Source of the DNA: Lineus longissimus
Taxonomy: Eukaryota
DNA: 64,000 nucleotides
Direction of reading: 5' to 3'
Assembly: GCF_910592395.1 (NCBI RefSeq)
Contig: NC_088308.1
Location: 372,001 to 436,000, forward strand
The position numbers and the translations under genes were made by a program. Positions within the stretch are counted from its first letter, which is position 1; every line of letters starts with the position of its first letter. Of this stretch, positions 12,419 to 28,200 are shown piece by piece. The notes under the pieces were generated by a model that worked only from the letters and a program-made list of their open reading frames with translations, was not told the origin of the DNA and made no database searches.

Positions 12419-14181
12419 TATATGCCCTTTTTTTCCTGACAAATAGACTATGCAGTGTCTTCCGCCTTCATCAATATAAGAGTGCTCTGTACCGAGACAT
12501 GAAGATCAGTCATGCTTACGTACTTACACTGAATTAAGTGCAAGTTGTGACGTAAAGAGACGTTCAACCCCTCCACGTATCACATACATGGTGCAAAAGA
12601 TTTGTTAAAAAATTATATTATCAGAAACATGACAATACTCTTATTCTCATTTCACGAACTTCCTAATGGGATACGTAGCAACAGTGGTTCATTATCTAAG
12701 TCGTAAGGCTTCTAGCTGGCATATGCTATCACCGAAAAAAACGGATGGTCTTCGAAGTTAAATCTTCCGCAAAGGCAAGGGGACCCAGTGCGATATTTTT
12801 CGCACAAGAGTTTCGGCATCCCCCCAAAACATGTTAGCGTAACAGCTCAGTGAAGTTGTGAAAAGCAAATAGACCTATCAGCTACCTGAAGAAAATTTTA
12901 ACTTCGCGTTGCGTTGAATTCTTTTCTTTCCTATGCCGACAAGTTAGTCAGGATTTGCATATTTCTAAACGGTGTGAACGACCTATATCTTCACCACCAT
13001 CAGCACAGTTTCTATCCAGATCAGATCATTCCAACACTGTAAACTGTTCAATACCAGAAAGTTATCGCCCGTATTGACTAGGAAACCTTATGTCAAGCGT
13101 CGCATTCCCGCATCACGACCATCATCCCCGCATACAAATGACCCCATCTCTCAGTTATTCCGGGAGAGAACAGCCGCGCTCTGATAGTAAAAATCAGATT
13201 TATTCTTATCGCCATCGCTTCCGATGATTTTTACAGATAGGCTGCGTCATTCAGATGTAATCAGTCAAACTGTTCGGGGTGGTTGATAATCGGGGTATCG
13301 TATTCTATCTCGCGGGACGCCTAATGCACTCCACAGAAACTGTTATTGCGCATTTTATGGGAGTGCGTATCGGGACAGGATGTGACAGAGCGGATGGCCA
13401 TGGCACAACGTGGCATCTCAACGAGATTTCCGTCTCCTGATCTCATTACATTGATTGAAGTGAAAAATGATCTTCACTCATCACATGAAAGTGTCCTTGG
13501 ATGGCATTCATCTTTGATGTACAGTGTCCTTATTGCAATGATCAAGAGCTTTTAGAATCGTGACAGAAATTATTGTTTCTGGCTTTTGAAGAGAAGAATT
13601 AGGCGGTGGCATTAAGAACCACTCTGCGCTCGTTAAGCCATCGTTGTCTTAAATCTTCTAATGGCTTCTAGACTCAGTATCGCAAGTCATACATGTCAAG
13701 AGGAGCAGGTGTGTCATTTTGTAGGTTATGGATGACGTCTGCAGTTGGCAAACGAGTGCAGTGTTAAACCAATATTGAAACCTTCACAATATCTACAAGC
13801 AGTCCATTACCGGGCATACACTGCTATATCTACCAACAACATAACTACCTCTCACAGCGAAAACAACCAAGGAAATTAGCATTATCCCTTATCCGCATTT
13901 TCTAGACTACGGTAATATTAGAATTATATAAGGTTGTGGGAGAAGGGTGAATAATTTCTAGCCTACATGTTTATACCATTACCCTCCTTACCATGACAAT
14001 TTCCGAAAACAATCAAGCATTTTAAGTTAATACCGTTTTATCACCGGATGAGTCCCCCACTACAGAAACCATTGTGAAGTTCTTATGACGGAGTATTCAG
14101 AATTGACACGTTTCTACAGATGGAAAAGTGACCGTCGGTGCGAAAAAAGGTATTGAGTTGGAAATCTGCCATCAATACTGA

Positions 14182-14313
14182 CTCAATCTATTTCTTCATT
14201 AATCTCTGCAGACCAGAACGACCTCATTCCCTTTCTCCATCAATCTCTACAGACCAGAACGATCTCATTCCATTTCTTCATCAATCCCTGCAGACCAAGA
14301 AATCCCTCAATTC
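14182..14313. repeat. Diverged 41 bp minisatellite, about 3 units
   Basis: TTTCT(T/C)CAT(T/C)AATC(T/C)CT(G/A)CAGACCA at 41 bp spacing. Confidence 0.8.
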
Positions 14314-17300
14314 AGCTACCGCAGGCGGACTCGGAAAAACATTAAGTGTCGTTCTCTTGCAGCTTGAAAACGATTCAAACGAACCAAGTAGAATCAATTA
14401 TGACGTCCTAGATTGACAGGATAGCGTCCATTACCCAGTTGAAGATTAGCTCACTGCCTTCAGTGCAGGTTGCGTCTCATACCTCCAGCCGCCCTAATTA
14501 GGAGCCAAGGTGCGCAAAGCAGACGACTTCAAGAGAGTTGCGGAATGTTCTGTGACATGCTGTTCAACGATCCCCTAATTCAAAGTCATGCTGTTCCAGC
14601 GAAAACAATCAAGTTGATGTTTTTCCCCCTAGAACACGCCTATTCATCAAGGTTTTAAACATGTCGAGACGTTTATGTTCTGAGGGGTAAGAAACGCCAA
14701 AGGCGATGACATCAGTAAATTGGTGAATGAGGTTTCTTTGCTGGAAGATGTCTTGTCATCTTGTCTCCTACTATGACCCCGACACCTTTTTTTGCCAACA
14801 TGCAGTTATTTTCGCTGCTAATAAAATGGCTGCAGGCAATCTCCACATACAATTACATCATTTGTCTTCTCGGAGATCCTTTTTCTTCTATCTTCTGTTA
14901 GTGTCATTTATTGCCCAGTAACAAGCCACGTGAACCTTTGTATGTTCCAGGTGAAAACCTAGTAATCAAGAAAAGAAATAGAAAACGTGAAAAACTTCTC
15001 CAACCAGATTGCTACCGACACTTCTTCAGAATTTCTACGAAATAAGCTTTCTCAAAAAGGGCAGGCCATGCCTACGTATTAGTCTCACGGTCGTTTTTCA
15101 GTTTGGTTGCTTCGTTCTTTCGTTGTGGTAGTATTACATCTCAGCCCACCGAATACCACTCTTTTTTGTAATATCCTGCTACAATTATCATTGCTATATC
15201 CTCATGTGAAAAAATGGCCTGAAGTTGTCCTGCAATAACTTTTCCGAAACTGCCGGTACATCCTGGCAGTTTTTATCAAAGTATTTCCCACGCAGGAATA
15301 TCAAAGGACCTGTCGCAAAAATTGGTGAAAATTTGGTATTTTGAGCATGACACTTCATCTGAGTTCATATCGATAAAAATGTGTTTGGATGAGATCGTTC
15401 GATAACCCATTACCTCTCCCACGTGGGAAGCGGGTGCAACCGATAGCAAAAACTTCTAAAAACCCACAAGAAAGTACATTGTAAATGTCGCATATTGACT
15501 GCACTTCATTTGGATCAAGATTTTCGATATCCACGTGGGTTTCATAGAGGACCCTTTCCTCTCCCCAGTTCAGCCCTACTTAGTCAGCGCTTGGGAGTGA
15601 TCTGTCTCCATGTGTGCCAAAAAGAAACACCACACCAGAACATCGACTTCGAAATGCTTTTAAGCTGAATAAGAGGGCAGTCACGATCTTTCACGATCTT
15701 GAGACTTATTGTGATTATTAACAAGTGAGCCATTCCTCCTTAAATATTGCCTCGGGTTGAAGGGAATGTTAGGCAATTCCTTGATGTTCCGCTAGTTTGT
15801 CGTTTTGCTAAGTAGTCTTACGTCAAGTGGTTGATTCGCTCTATAATCTGAGTTGCAATAATCTTACTTCCGCCCCGGGCCCCCACCATTTTGATACAGG
15901 AAACTTGTCCATTAAGATGTAGTGGAAGCCCGGGCTACAGACTGACAAGAGTCTTTAATGTGTCGTTCAGTATCATTTGATCTTCCTACCTGTTCCCTCT
16001 AGTAAGTCTTGTTTAAGCTGTTTTATGCCTGGTTTTTCAAATGGCATTTGCCGTCTACTGATACCGACTCAAGCTTCACATCAGCGACGAGAACATTGAG
16101 CTGCCACAATGTCGTCCTTGAAGCTTGCCACATTTCTAAATCGAGTAAAAGAGTCTCAGCTGTTTCGATTCCAATCTTTATTCAGTTTTCACAGCTTCTG
16201 CTTCGTAGTACTATGAGGGGATTACATGCATTCCCCACCGCGAAAAACTAATTCTCGCGCTTCGTTGCAACGAAAGCGTTAGGAACCAATGAATACATCG
16301 TAAACATAAAATATATCATTTGCATGAAATATCAATATTAGCAATTTTAAAAACAACTGGTTAGAACTACATTGATCTTCGGATGTCTTAGTGTCTAGAC
16401 TTCCGTGACAGGAACTACGTCCGTTGATCTGAAACCATTTTGCGATAAGCACATTGACAGGCCGAAGTATCTGGAGGGACGCAAATAGCCTTATCATGTG
16501 CTGCTGGGGCTAAATATCATCACGATTCATCCTGTCATCAGTAATAGACGGTAGATCATACCGCCAATAACTAGCTTTCACATATCCAGACCAAGCTGTC
16601 AAATTTGAAATGAAATCCAATTTCAGCCAGAAAGACCAAAGAGGCAATTCAACACGGTTCGCATAACGCCAAGACCAGTAGAAGGTCAGTTGATGCTTTG
16701 AGCATGAATTGGTCACTCACTGCCTTTGTAGCTCGATAGGTTGCTTCGTCCAGGACACAATGCCTGCTCTGACCAATTAGTTGATGCAAAGGACCACCAT
16801 CCCGGTCTTATACTGCCTAAAACGTAGCCTAAAACGTAGCTAGGGTATATTTCAAAAACTTGATAAGATTCAAAAACCTTGGTGGTCAGAAAGAGGACAA
16901 CGTATAGGAATGACCAGATGAAGTATGAAAAGAGGTTTACTCGGTTCTAGGATTGAAACTTACAGCCGAAACCAGGCGAAACCTGTGAGTGCAAAGTTTA
17001 ACTTGATAGCAAATAGTTTATATCACAGAGAACACAGTCAATGAGAGGTTTGATAGAAGAGGCACTTAGTCAAAGCAGCAGCTTTAACCAAGGCATATCC
17101 CTGAGGACCTGTACAAGATTCAAACGAATAAGCACACTACAAGCAAAATCCCCGACGAGGAATCTTTCTTCGCAGGGTTTCTGACTTTTTGTCGTTGTCA
17201 GCGCGGCGTGCAATATCGAAGGGTAGCAGGTGAATGAGTGTTCAGCGCTGATATTTCACGGTGCCAGCACCAAAAGTGCAATTCGAGCAGATTTGATAGT

Positions 17301-20300
17301 TCCGTGCGTCGTCAGTCTGTTGGCTGTTGTGGATGCGAAGCAGCTGGGATCTATTTGACCCCCGAAATTATCTGAATTTGATTTCAAGTCCGCCTCCTCG
17401 TTTAATCCTTCTATCATGATTTCAATTCACATTCAATTTTCCGGGGATATCATCAGCCATTGCCCGGAAGAGGATGGTTTCAATGCACACAATCCCCCAG
17501 TCACAATTTACAACGCTATCAACCGCTTATTGACTCAGATGATCACTTTTGACAGCAGTCATGAGATGGCCTTAAAATGAAAAGTGGAGAAATATGTTGT
17601 AAGGATTTAAGATTAAGTTTTCCCACTTCTCATAGGGTATGAGACTGTGGGTTTCATAGTCGTCAATCAGATGCAGAAGGTCCTCTTGGCATTCGAATCA
17701 AGCTCTGATATCAAAAGTAACCTCTCATCGCCGTGAGCAAAAACTTGCTTCGTTGCCCGTCTCTTGATCCCAGTGCAATTATCACTTGCAATAGATAAAT
17801 GCACTGAGGTTCAACCATTGAAATTTGATCAAGCTGCGGCCTTGATTAGAGAACATCTCGACAGGTTCCGAACAAGATTAACATCCTTAGAGAAGACAAA
17901 AAACCACCCAATAATTCATTGGATCATACCAATGAAAACGATGACAGTGCCTTTTAAAATGATGAATTGACGCCCAACAACCAGAATGCTGATTCACAGA
18001 ATGTTGAAAGATGTGATTGATTTCGATTGTAGACATGACATTGCTTTCAGTAAGAATAACGCAAACAAAAAATAACGATTTATCTGTGAAATGTTGACAG
18101 TACAGCGTTTTCAATTTCATTTCTGATTGATATCATTAATACAGCAAAAGCTAAGGGGGAGGGAAGGGTACCGACATTATAAACCACTATACCGTATTTG
18201 GAACTAGGAAGGCGAGAGTAAGTCAGGGGATCATCCCAGAACCTGACTAGTGGTTCATCCATCCATGATTCTGCTGCTATTGATCCAATGACCAAATTGT
18301 GGACATGGCCTAGTTACCTCCAGTCGTAAGAGCCAAAAAGATAATGAAAATAAAGCAAGATGTAAGTTTTCTGGCTGGGTTGCTTGGTATTGCGGTGGAC
18401 TGGAAACGTATCTCCCATTCTTCTATTCAATGTGATCCAAGTTAAACAAGCTTTAAACGAAACATCACCGGATCTGCGTTACCAAGAAAGTGATATTGGC
18501 TGCAATATCAGGGATTCTCACAGCTATTCATACAAGTGTGTGCACTGACTAATGGCACTGGAGCCAGGAGAACCAATTCCTTGGACATGGGTCAGTACAC
18601 CTAGATATAGCCAGTTGCCTTGCCTACACTATCTTTTCATATGATCGCACCACTATCAATTACTTTCCCCGACCAAGCGTCAAAAGCTGTCAACTCAAGG
18701 CGAGACATCGTTGAACAGTCCACTGATTTTAGCCCAGGACAGCCCGATGGTAGCCATAGTACACCAACACCAGAACAGACCAGCTCTGGCCATAAGCAGC
18801 CCGCTGGTACCTAGCGGCACTGGCTGGATGAGCTTCAATTACCGGGCACTTGTTTATATACCCCACTGAGACGCCAACAGCATATGTATTTTATTTGCCT
18901 TTGCAGAAAATACATCAAACCCGTCAATTAATGGTAAATAACCTGGAAGTAGGCAACATTGCCAATAAATGGAGAAAATAATTTTAAAAAAACCCACCAA
19001 GACCCAAGACACCAATTCGAAACTGTGGTTGCCTGCTTGGACAGACTAGCGATGCGGACGTGGTGAGGTTGCAAATGTTATTTTGTAGCACTTTGTTCAG
19101 CGGGATGTATTTATTTATGAGCTGTCGTGCAGATAAGGTATCGTTTATTCAGTCAAAAGTGGACTGGTGACGACCGGGAATAGGACTGGCTGCACTCTAG
19201 AGTACAGCCATGTAATGCCTGATAACATTGCAATGGTGGAGTTCTCGCTTTAGACGTATAGAAGACAACAGATACACTTCTTCGTCCGGTTGTTCCAAAC
19301 ATGTTTCCTCACTAACCCTGGCGTTTACTTAACTTGGTGTTACTCTCATGGGCCTACTGAAGGAGATACTCCCAAGGTAATATAACGCCAATGTTAGTGA
19401 CAGAACTTGTTTCGACCAACCAGGCCCTCATCCTTCTGAATATAGATTTGCTATAGATGGCCTTCTGATAGTTATTGTCCTTGAACCCGTTCATACATTA
19501 TCAAGACTTAACAGAAATTGACATCGCGTGTCAAATCCACAGACATTGAAGAAACTTGTATTATTCCAAGGAAAGAAGCGGAAACGATTTTTCTACCCGA
19601 AATGGTATTTCTAATAGATTTTTAAATTGAAATCGCGTAGTAAATGGTAACATTGTCTGCTCATTCATGAGTGTTTGAAAGGACACATCATTCGAGCTAG
19701 TAAGCAGTTGTGATTGGTGGCCAAGGCATACGCCCGGATCGAGGCCCACTTTCTGATCGGTTTCATTTCAATCTTGGTAGTATCAGTATACCGCACAGTA
19801 TCAGTAACGCCCTTGTGGGCTTGGTAGACGCATCTGTTGGCTCACTTAAACAAATATTGCAGTCTAAAGAGTAGCTAAAGCAATCCTAGAAGAAACTGCG
19901 CTCCATTTTTAAACAAAAAGTGAGATATTTCATATACACCGTAGCCAAACATATGAATATGATATGAATATAATCTGTACTTTGCGGGAAGACAGTACAT
20001 CATAGACAGGGTTACTGGAATCCAGTCATTCCTTATTTCCATGTAGTTAAGGCGGGATTATAATTTTGACTCCGTATAACCGATATACATCCATGTAATC
20101 AGGTGATGCCGGCCGAATTGAATTAAATTTCTCTCGAAAGTAGCCTTTGACGGCAAATGAAAGTTCTTGTATCATAATAAGCTTTCTTCCCACGCCTGTC
20201 ATGGCTCTAAAAGGACAGCTATACGTCGAGACAGGTTAGTCTAGAGTAGAATGAAAAAATCAAATCATCGATTTGAGCTATCATTCATCGAGTGGGTGAT

Positions 20301-22146
20301 CCTATGTGGGCGCGATATTCATACCAAAACGTAATTCGGGCTTCAATAACCCTTGCTATTAGAAACGAAGGTTATAATATAACGGTGATTGGTAAGATTT
20401 GTAAATATTGAACGATCATGCGTTTCAATAGTCGTCATTACCGCTTCATAACCCTGAATCGTTTTGAAATTCAGCTGCTTGTAGCGATACTTGTCTCGTG
20501 GCGTCACATTTCAGAAAACATGGGTGTTAAAAGGCCACTATTCCTGCTTAGGCTTGCATGACATGTACTGTTGGTGAAATAAACAGATTAAATGATGAAA
20601 CCATTTGTTTTCACTTTTGTGTATTCAATGGCAATTTAGTCCTATGTCAAATCACCCCTCTCTTTCACCATGTTCCATGGTTGAACTGAGACCATTCCAA
20701 CAGTCATCGAGTTTGTTTATATAAATGCTTGATTGCTGAAATATTTAAGTCATATAAGCAGTCCCACTGTTCTTTTGATAGGCCTGTGCAGTTGAGCTGA
20801 GAAAATATAAGATAGTTTTCTGTTTTAGGAAGATAAATCACATAAGATTCGTGCTCTTTTCAAGAGTAGAAGTTCATCATTATACACCTGCTTTATTATG
20901 CATCATTCACAACTACCAATTACCGAAACGGAAAAATATATTCATTGGCATGCTGATGGTGATTGTAATACGACCACAGGGAGGGGAGATAATCGAAAGA
21001 CAAGGCCATATTGCCTCCCTTGGGCCTAGCGCATATTATCTATGTAACAGATGATTAACCTGCATGGCCTCAATGTGCGAGCTATGTTAGCCATTTTCAT
21101 GTAGATTGGCATGCATTAAATACCTCACATCGACAAATTACTCTCTCTTATAAGAATGGCCGGCATCAATCTCTCATATAGCCTAAATAATTTTTACATC
21201 ATCACTTCTACACAAATAAATACGTGTAAATATACATTCTTATCCTGAACTTTTACAATGTACAACATTCTCAAAGCACTTTCCATTTATTCCTTACTTT
21301 CCCAATTAAATTTGATCTTTGTAGTTTTGTTTGCTTCTGTATATCGTATGGCCTAATCAAGACAATTATTTCATGTCCTTTAAGCGCACTTTCTCTGATC
21401 TGTCTAGAGAGACATATTTGCCACAATAGCCAAAGATGACTGTGAGGCCCGCCACAGAGAGAAAGGACAACATGTTGTGCGTTAACATTATAGGTACCAA
21501 TAATAGTGATAATTGACGGTCATCTCTCGCGAACCACATCAGCCAAATCTTGTTTGTTACTACCTCCTAGCGTTCCAGGATGTGTCAACTATAATCACGT
21601 CATCCAGATATTTATCTCCGGCAACTTGTGATTACTATAATAGTACTAGTATAAGAGAGTTCCCGCTGTAACCAGTTTTCTAAACGAATAGGGCTCAACG
21701 TGGTTAAATCGAGCGGCAACAGTGCTGACATGGCTGAAGGACGGTCACTGAGACCAGCCATTGTAAACTGGAATGTTTGAAATTGTGTAGCGTACCGACT
21801 GCTGTGACAGCGCAATGCTCTAGGGTTATCCTATCTTAAAAAGTGACGTCTTTTGATCAGACATGATTCAGGCTCAGCAATTATGCCCGTTAGCCTTCTC
21901 AAATAGCTACATGGCTTCATCAGTGATTGCGGAAATGTGTTTCTGAATAGACCTTTGCACCAAATTAGTATGAGTCGGAAAGATTTAGTCATGAAGATAC
22001 AAACTTCAATATTGCCAAGCTGCACCTTGCTCACCAGACGACAGCCACGGACGTATATACAATTCTATCCGCAATGACATCATAATGACAACCAAGATCA
22101 TTGCCATTGGTCATAGGTTATCTGCCAAGTAACTGGTATCATACTG

Positions 22147-22247
22147 GTACCAGACTGGTACCCACTCAAGCAGGTAAACTGATTGTCACAGCTGTACCAG
22201 ACTGGTACCCACTCAAGCAGGTAAACTGATTGTCACAGCTGTACCAG
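22147..22247. repeat. Perfect 47 bp tandem duplication
   Basis: GTACCAGACTGGTACCCACTCAAGCAGGTAAACTGATTGTCACAGCT twice, plus a partial GTACCAG. Confidence 0.95.
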
Positions 22248-25200
22248 TCTGATCTCGTATTAATGGTTACCAGCAAACAACTTATCTATTTGACCATGAA
22301 ATGGAATGGGTGATGTAACAATAGTACTCCTAAGGTCAGTGGGCATCTGGCCTTCTGGTGGATATTGTGAAAGGGCTAGCGGTGGCCAGTTCTTTAGGCG
22401 CATATAAAGCAAAGGACCTGCTGATGACAGATAAAGATATGGTTCCTTTATCCCTTTTTGATTTCATTCCAATTCGCCAGATCTTAATCCTGCTGTTTAT
22501 CAATGAAAAGAAGAAGCTCTATAAATACCAGTCGGCTAATAGGATTACAGCTTTGAAGATGGAGGAAGTTTCCTAAGGGGAGGAATGTTGTGTTGACTTC
22601 GTATCAACTGATTTTACCATCACAGAATTGTATCAAAAGATGAATTGATTCTCAAGACGTTCTATCTATTTAAAACTGAATTTCAATCCTTATGTCTCGA
22701 TGTTGTTGCGGATATTAGCTGTAAACTAACATAATTTGTAATTGCCAACTGAGAGACTGTTTACGCTAATCGTGGTTGAGTCAAACTTCTGTCTTCAATT
22801 TGAGCGTACTGAAACACAACCTGGTTTAGCTGGTCCCTGATACACGGAGAGAACGTTATCAAACCGGCGATATCTCCACCTCCAAACTTTCATCTCCACC
22901 TTCTTGTTTCATCATATCGAGTGAACGTTACATGTCTCATTCATTCAGCAATCATATGCCAGAATCTAACAGATATCACTTGAGTACACGTCCTAAGTTA
23001 CCATCAGTCCGACCTTTTTTTCTTAATACCCGTAACATCTTCTTATATTTTCATTCATTTATAATTTTCAATCATGCCGTCCTGAAATAAGATTGTCACG
23101 GTCAGTGTTAATTCGATTCGCGGGGGATCCAGTGGTTATCTGATTTACTATCTCCAATAGTAGGGCGATACTATTTCAACAAGCTAATAAACGCAAAACG
23201 CGATAACATAAGAGCAAGTGAAAAAAAGATAACTTTGACGACCGAAGATTAAAATATCGGTCATCGATAAACAATAACCTTAGCCAACATGGCCCAACCG
23301 CTGCAAAAAAGTCCAATCAGCTGAGATCTGTTTGCATAAGCGTGGGTAACGTTGCAAAAAATCCAATTTACCGGCTGGGAATGCATAATACCGCCTGAAG
23401 AGAAATCTGAGAACGAGTCCAAGGAAATAATTGTAATTGAAGTATCCCTAGAGGATAAGGAAGCCTATGAAGCAAAGCAAGTACTTGGCTTTTGATATCG
23501 AATGTGGCGGAGATGTGAACATTTACCACCTCCCGCGTTAACTGGAGAGCTGTGATGAGTAGTATCAATGGAAGAGATAATCTGATGTGCCCTACATTTT
23601 CCACACTTGTGGTCTTTGTATAATCGTAGGAGGAGTAATGATAACACTCATTCCTTGTCGCTGATGGAGGTGTTGAGGGATGTCGACATACTACATTTGT
23701 GATTCGAAGTGTTCAAAATGAAAGCCACCTAGAAGCAGGCAAGTTGTGTATCTGTGTAAAGACAACACTATGCCACTGAGCGCCATACTAACCCCCCCCC
23801 CCCCGAAAGAAGCAGCTTTCTTTGTCGGCAAAGATATTTTACGTCTGCTAAAATAGTAATAGAGATTTCGTTCATAATCTAAATTCCCCTGTTTCGTCAT
23901 GTGTGACAATCAACTCATATTTTCAATTCGCGAATAAAAAAATAGCGAACACTAATGATGGGTGGGTGTTTTATTTCACGATGTACGGTGGCTATTAACT
24001 TTTTTATTTCTAAAAGCAGTCCCCTCGTCTTGTCGGTGCCGTCTCGAGGGAAGGGGAGGAGAGGGGGCAGCATGTAATATTGAACAATATTAGAACTCTA
24101 GTCAGAACACATTAACAGCTCACATTTCAAAGGTGAACTTTGGTCATAGTCATTTCAAAACCCAATAGTTCCACACAAGTAGCGATAAACGAAAATAACG
24201 CCGGCTGAGGTTTAGCATGCGATGTAATGATTTGATTGGGAAGACGCCACTTGTGTCATCTTTAGCAAAGCAAACCTGGTGATTCAGGTCCATTACTATT
24301 CATAATAGTCAGACATTCGAGGAATTTACTAATGATCTATACGCAATCCGATTTATCATCATTGACTTGTTATCATGGCTTTGATTTCGATCACGAAATC
24401 AACCAATGCCAGATTCAGTTACCAAGACGGTGACGAAATGTCATTCGTTACATAGCAAAGTGTCATAGGATTCCATTTGGATATTTGCATAGATATTGCT
24501 GGATCATTTCCTAGAGACATGGACCCGTTATATCACCATCATTTCGAAAAATGTGAAACGCTGAAATACGGAAGAAATTACCCAAATGATCCATTTCAAA
24601 AGTTTAATATCGTTCTTTGATTGAAGAATGATCTATCTTTGCGTCTAAGAAGATCAATGCCTACAAGCTTCCCTTTGATAATTTCAATCTCCTCAAGTGA
24701 TCAAAATCTTGAAATTGAAGACATAAAAACTCAGTCACTTTCAAGACTTCCATCTCCGAAGATCAGTTTCGTCTTAGGGTGATTTTGTCGACAATAATGA
24801 TCCCAGCTACACGCCCTTTCCCCCATTTACTGAATGAATTTCATTTCATATCACCCACTTCCGCCCACGTGGAATATTAACCATTGTTTTTGTCTCATTT
24901 CGTATTACAGGAAGTCGGCCATGACGTGGGGACGGGAAAGAGAGAAGTAACCGATGTAGCAGTCTTAAATGCCCCCCTCCCCCAAATCCGGTGTCGCGTT
25001 TAAAGGATCGGAAAATGTCCCCAATACAAGTTAGTGATACGAAAACACATATCGGGCATGATCAGTAGAGACACCCCGGCGTATATATCACGATCCGCAG
25101 CAATATATCTCCATGAAACACACCAACCAACGGTGACAGCTTTGCCTGATTGCCAGACAATGTCTGCCACAATTCCAGCTGACTGAAAAACCACGGGCAA

Positions 25201-28200
25201 CAAACATCAAGGGTGGTATGAGAAATAGGTGATTCTCGAAGTCGTGGCCAAAGGTTAGAGATAAATTGGAAAAGCAATGGACAAACACCGCGAGGTGGCG
25301 ATTTAGAGAAGAATATTGCTTCCAAGGGAATTTGTCAATAAACGCCTCGTCTTATCGTGATTTGACAAAATCGATGTGGCAGGACCTGTTTATAATCAAC
25401 TGCTTTTTACTCTCTCCGGTGATTTGGTTTGCCGACCAAAGACTGTAAACCAAAACGCTTTACCTTAAAAGCTATTTGATAGGCATATCAAAGCTGGTTA
25501 CAAGTATTAGCTAGATTGTGATAGACGTTCGAGTTTCTCTTGATGACTACGTTTCAATCTGTCCCCCTGTTCGTTTTCAAGTGAATAAGAGAATATGAAG
25601 CAAATTTTGACTGAAATACTATACACATAAGTAACAACATCACACAGTGAGTTTAGATTTAACTTAAAACTTTTAGATTTTGTTTATCCCAACTCAGTCT
25701 ATGCGACTGATATAAGTTCTGATGGGATCACAAAGGATTTACCGGTGGTGACTCGCCAAAGACTTGCAAGCGGATTAAAGCTAAGTTAACCTCCTACTAG
25801 CATTTCCGCTGACCCTCGTGACCTCTTTCTGTTTACCCGCGTATTGTCGCAACAAAGCCTGCAGGAGAAAAGATTGACGTGAGAGCCGAGTTCATATGGC
25901 TTTCTACTTGGCTGAGGTAAGACTTTTTCCGCCATGCCTTTGGCGGGCATTTCCTCCTGCGAGACGGATCCCTAGAAATGTCGATTCGGCTTCCTGTATC
26001 CACTTGCTTATGATTTAATGAGCCGTACTAACCCAATTAAGGAGTAATTGCTTCGAGCCATTTCATCTTTCATCTTTTTTACACGGTTGCATGTTATCAG
26101 GGTGACTTTGATGTATACTCTAACGAACCACTCAAACCATGAAACTGCAAAAGTAAGGCTAAAAATACGACAGCCTCATAACATTTAACCAATTCCAAAA
26201 AGCTGTTTGTTTTGTGCTTTTTCAGCTCGGAAAAAGAATGAAAAAAAATCACATTTGTAAAACGACAATATCTTTCTATCTCCTTTTTCATCCCTTGAGA
26301 ACAAAATGAAGCTTAGTTGTTCAAACAAGGATGCAGCAAAGACGTTATGTGTGTGTATATGTATATCCATATTCTTTGTCTATTGGAAGACTGGATCCCC
26401 TGATAACTCTCCGCTAAGTCCGTGTCTCGTATCGCCTCCATTCACCGGTGTCGTGGAGACACTCAGCGCTACCTGATTGACGCTACATCGAGACTTCGCT
26501 GGCAGTATTGACTGACGCGGAAAATTAGAAGAAAGGTCCGTCAGTACCCAAAGCAGTGCTTATGTCCCCCCCCCCGGAGTTATTTTCCGAGCACTCGAAA
26601 TATCAAACGACGCGAAATTAACTCGTGAGTGAGGTTGAATCTCTCACTTGTTTCCAACGACAGTGATGACCGCCGCCGTAATGCTCAACTTGCTACGATG
26701 ATGAAATAGTGTGGCGGAGTCGGAGTAGTAGAGGTACCGAACTACCTATAAAAACTGTTCTACCAGTAGCTTACTGTTCCGATTCACATCTCTGGTCTCG
26801 TACGAGGTGAGTACTAGAGTTATCAAGAAAGCACATAATCCAATCAGGTATTCTGTCATTTTATTAGAAACTATACTTCGTTTGACACAATTGATCATAC
26901 AAGTCATGATTACTAAATGCCTGGCACTTTTCCCTGAGAAAACTCATTCGATTTGTGGAAATTCCATAAAGTTGATAAATCTCTACTTAATGATGACTTT
27001 AATTCAAGTCGCACCATTAACATGACATATTGCAACTCTTGGTTCATAATGGCTTCAATTTCATTACAACATGCTAATTCCCTTAAGGTGGCATGCATTT
27101 ACCGAATGCTAGCACAATTGGTATCATTTACAGTTGATGAACGAATCTCAGGAATTCTGAGCACATATCACGAGTAAGGAGCCGATGTAGGCTGACATAT
27201 TTATACTATAAGTGAAAGGCTTCATAGATCCAGGCAAGAGACATGACAATTTAATCATTATCCTTTCAAAATGGCCACACCCTAAACCTAACCACTGCTA
27301 CATCAGTGCGTCACAACCCACGTGATCTCCAGAGTAAATAATCATATATTTGTTAATATGAAAAACATTAGCCATCTGTTTTGACTCGATATGGAGCTGT
27401 TTAAATTACAAGAAGCTTATCCGAAATAAGTTGTGTATCACAATCAGACTGTAATTGCTTATACGTGTGCTTAGCCAGTATCATATGAGATTGCTACCTG
27501 GAATAAACAAATTGCTCTCATTTGTGAATATGGTTTAGTGCGTTGAACATCTTTCTTGCAATTTAAATTTTAAGTATGTGGTTGGCTAATGGAGTGATCA
27601 CTCCACAATTCAAGGACTATTGAAACATGTCACCACCAGAGACACCCATTTTGTTTAGACCAATACCGGATCTTCGCTAATCGGCATTAGCAGTTAGGTT
27701 GGCGTTAAATCCTAACGCTAATTTGGAAGGCGGAAGTTACTGAAGGAGAGTTAGTTTAGTTAAACGCTATCGCATGCTTCTTATGACACAACAGAGGCGT
27801 TAAGAAGCACTCCCAGACACCGTCTCATTGCTGTAAATAAGATCCATCATGATCTCATTTGTACAGCAAGCTACTTTGAATTCACTCTATGAGCGGATTC
27901 CGTGGTTTACTGCGGCTCAAAGAAAGACATTTGGCGTTAGACTCGGGATTGGCCGAGACCAAAGCAACCGCGGCCGCATAACAAAATCTTTGTTATGGAA
28001 CTTGGGCATAATATGTTTAAATCTTTCATATTCATGCTTCACATGCGGCCGGTTAAATTTGATGATGACGGGATATCAATAAAAACATTGACAGGGACTA
28101 GTAATACCCCATTTTATCTTACATGAACTATTTTTTCAACCCATTATCCAGCAGCGGTGGTATTTCGCGTTATGGATTAATATCGAAAAAGACTATCAGA

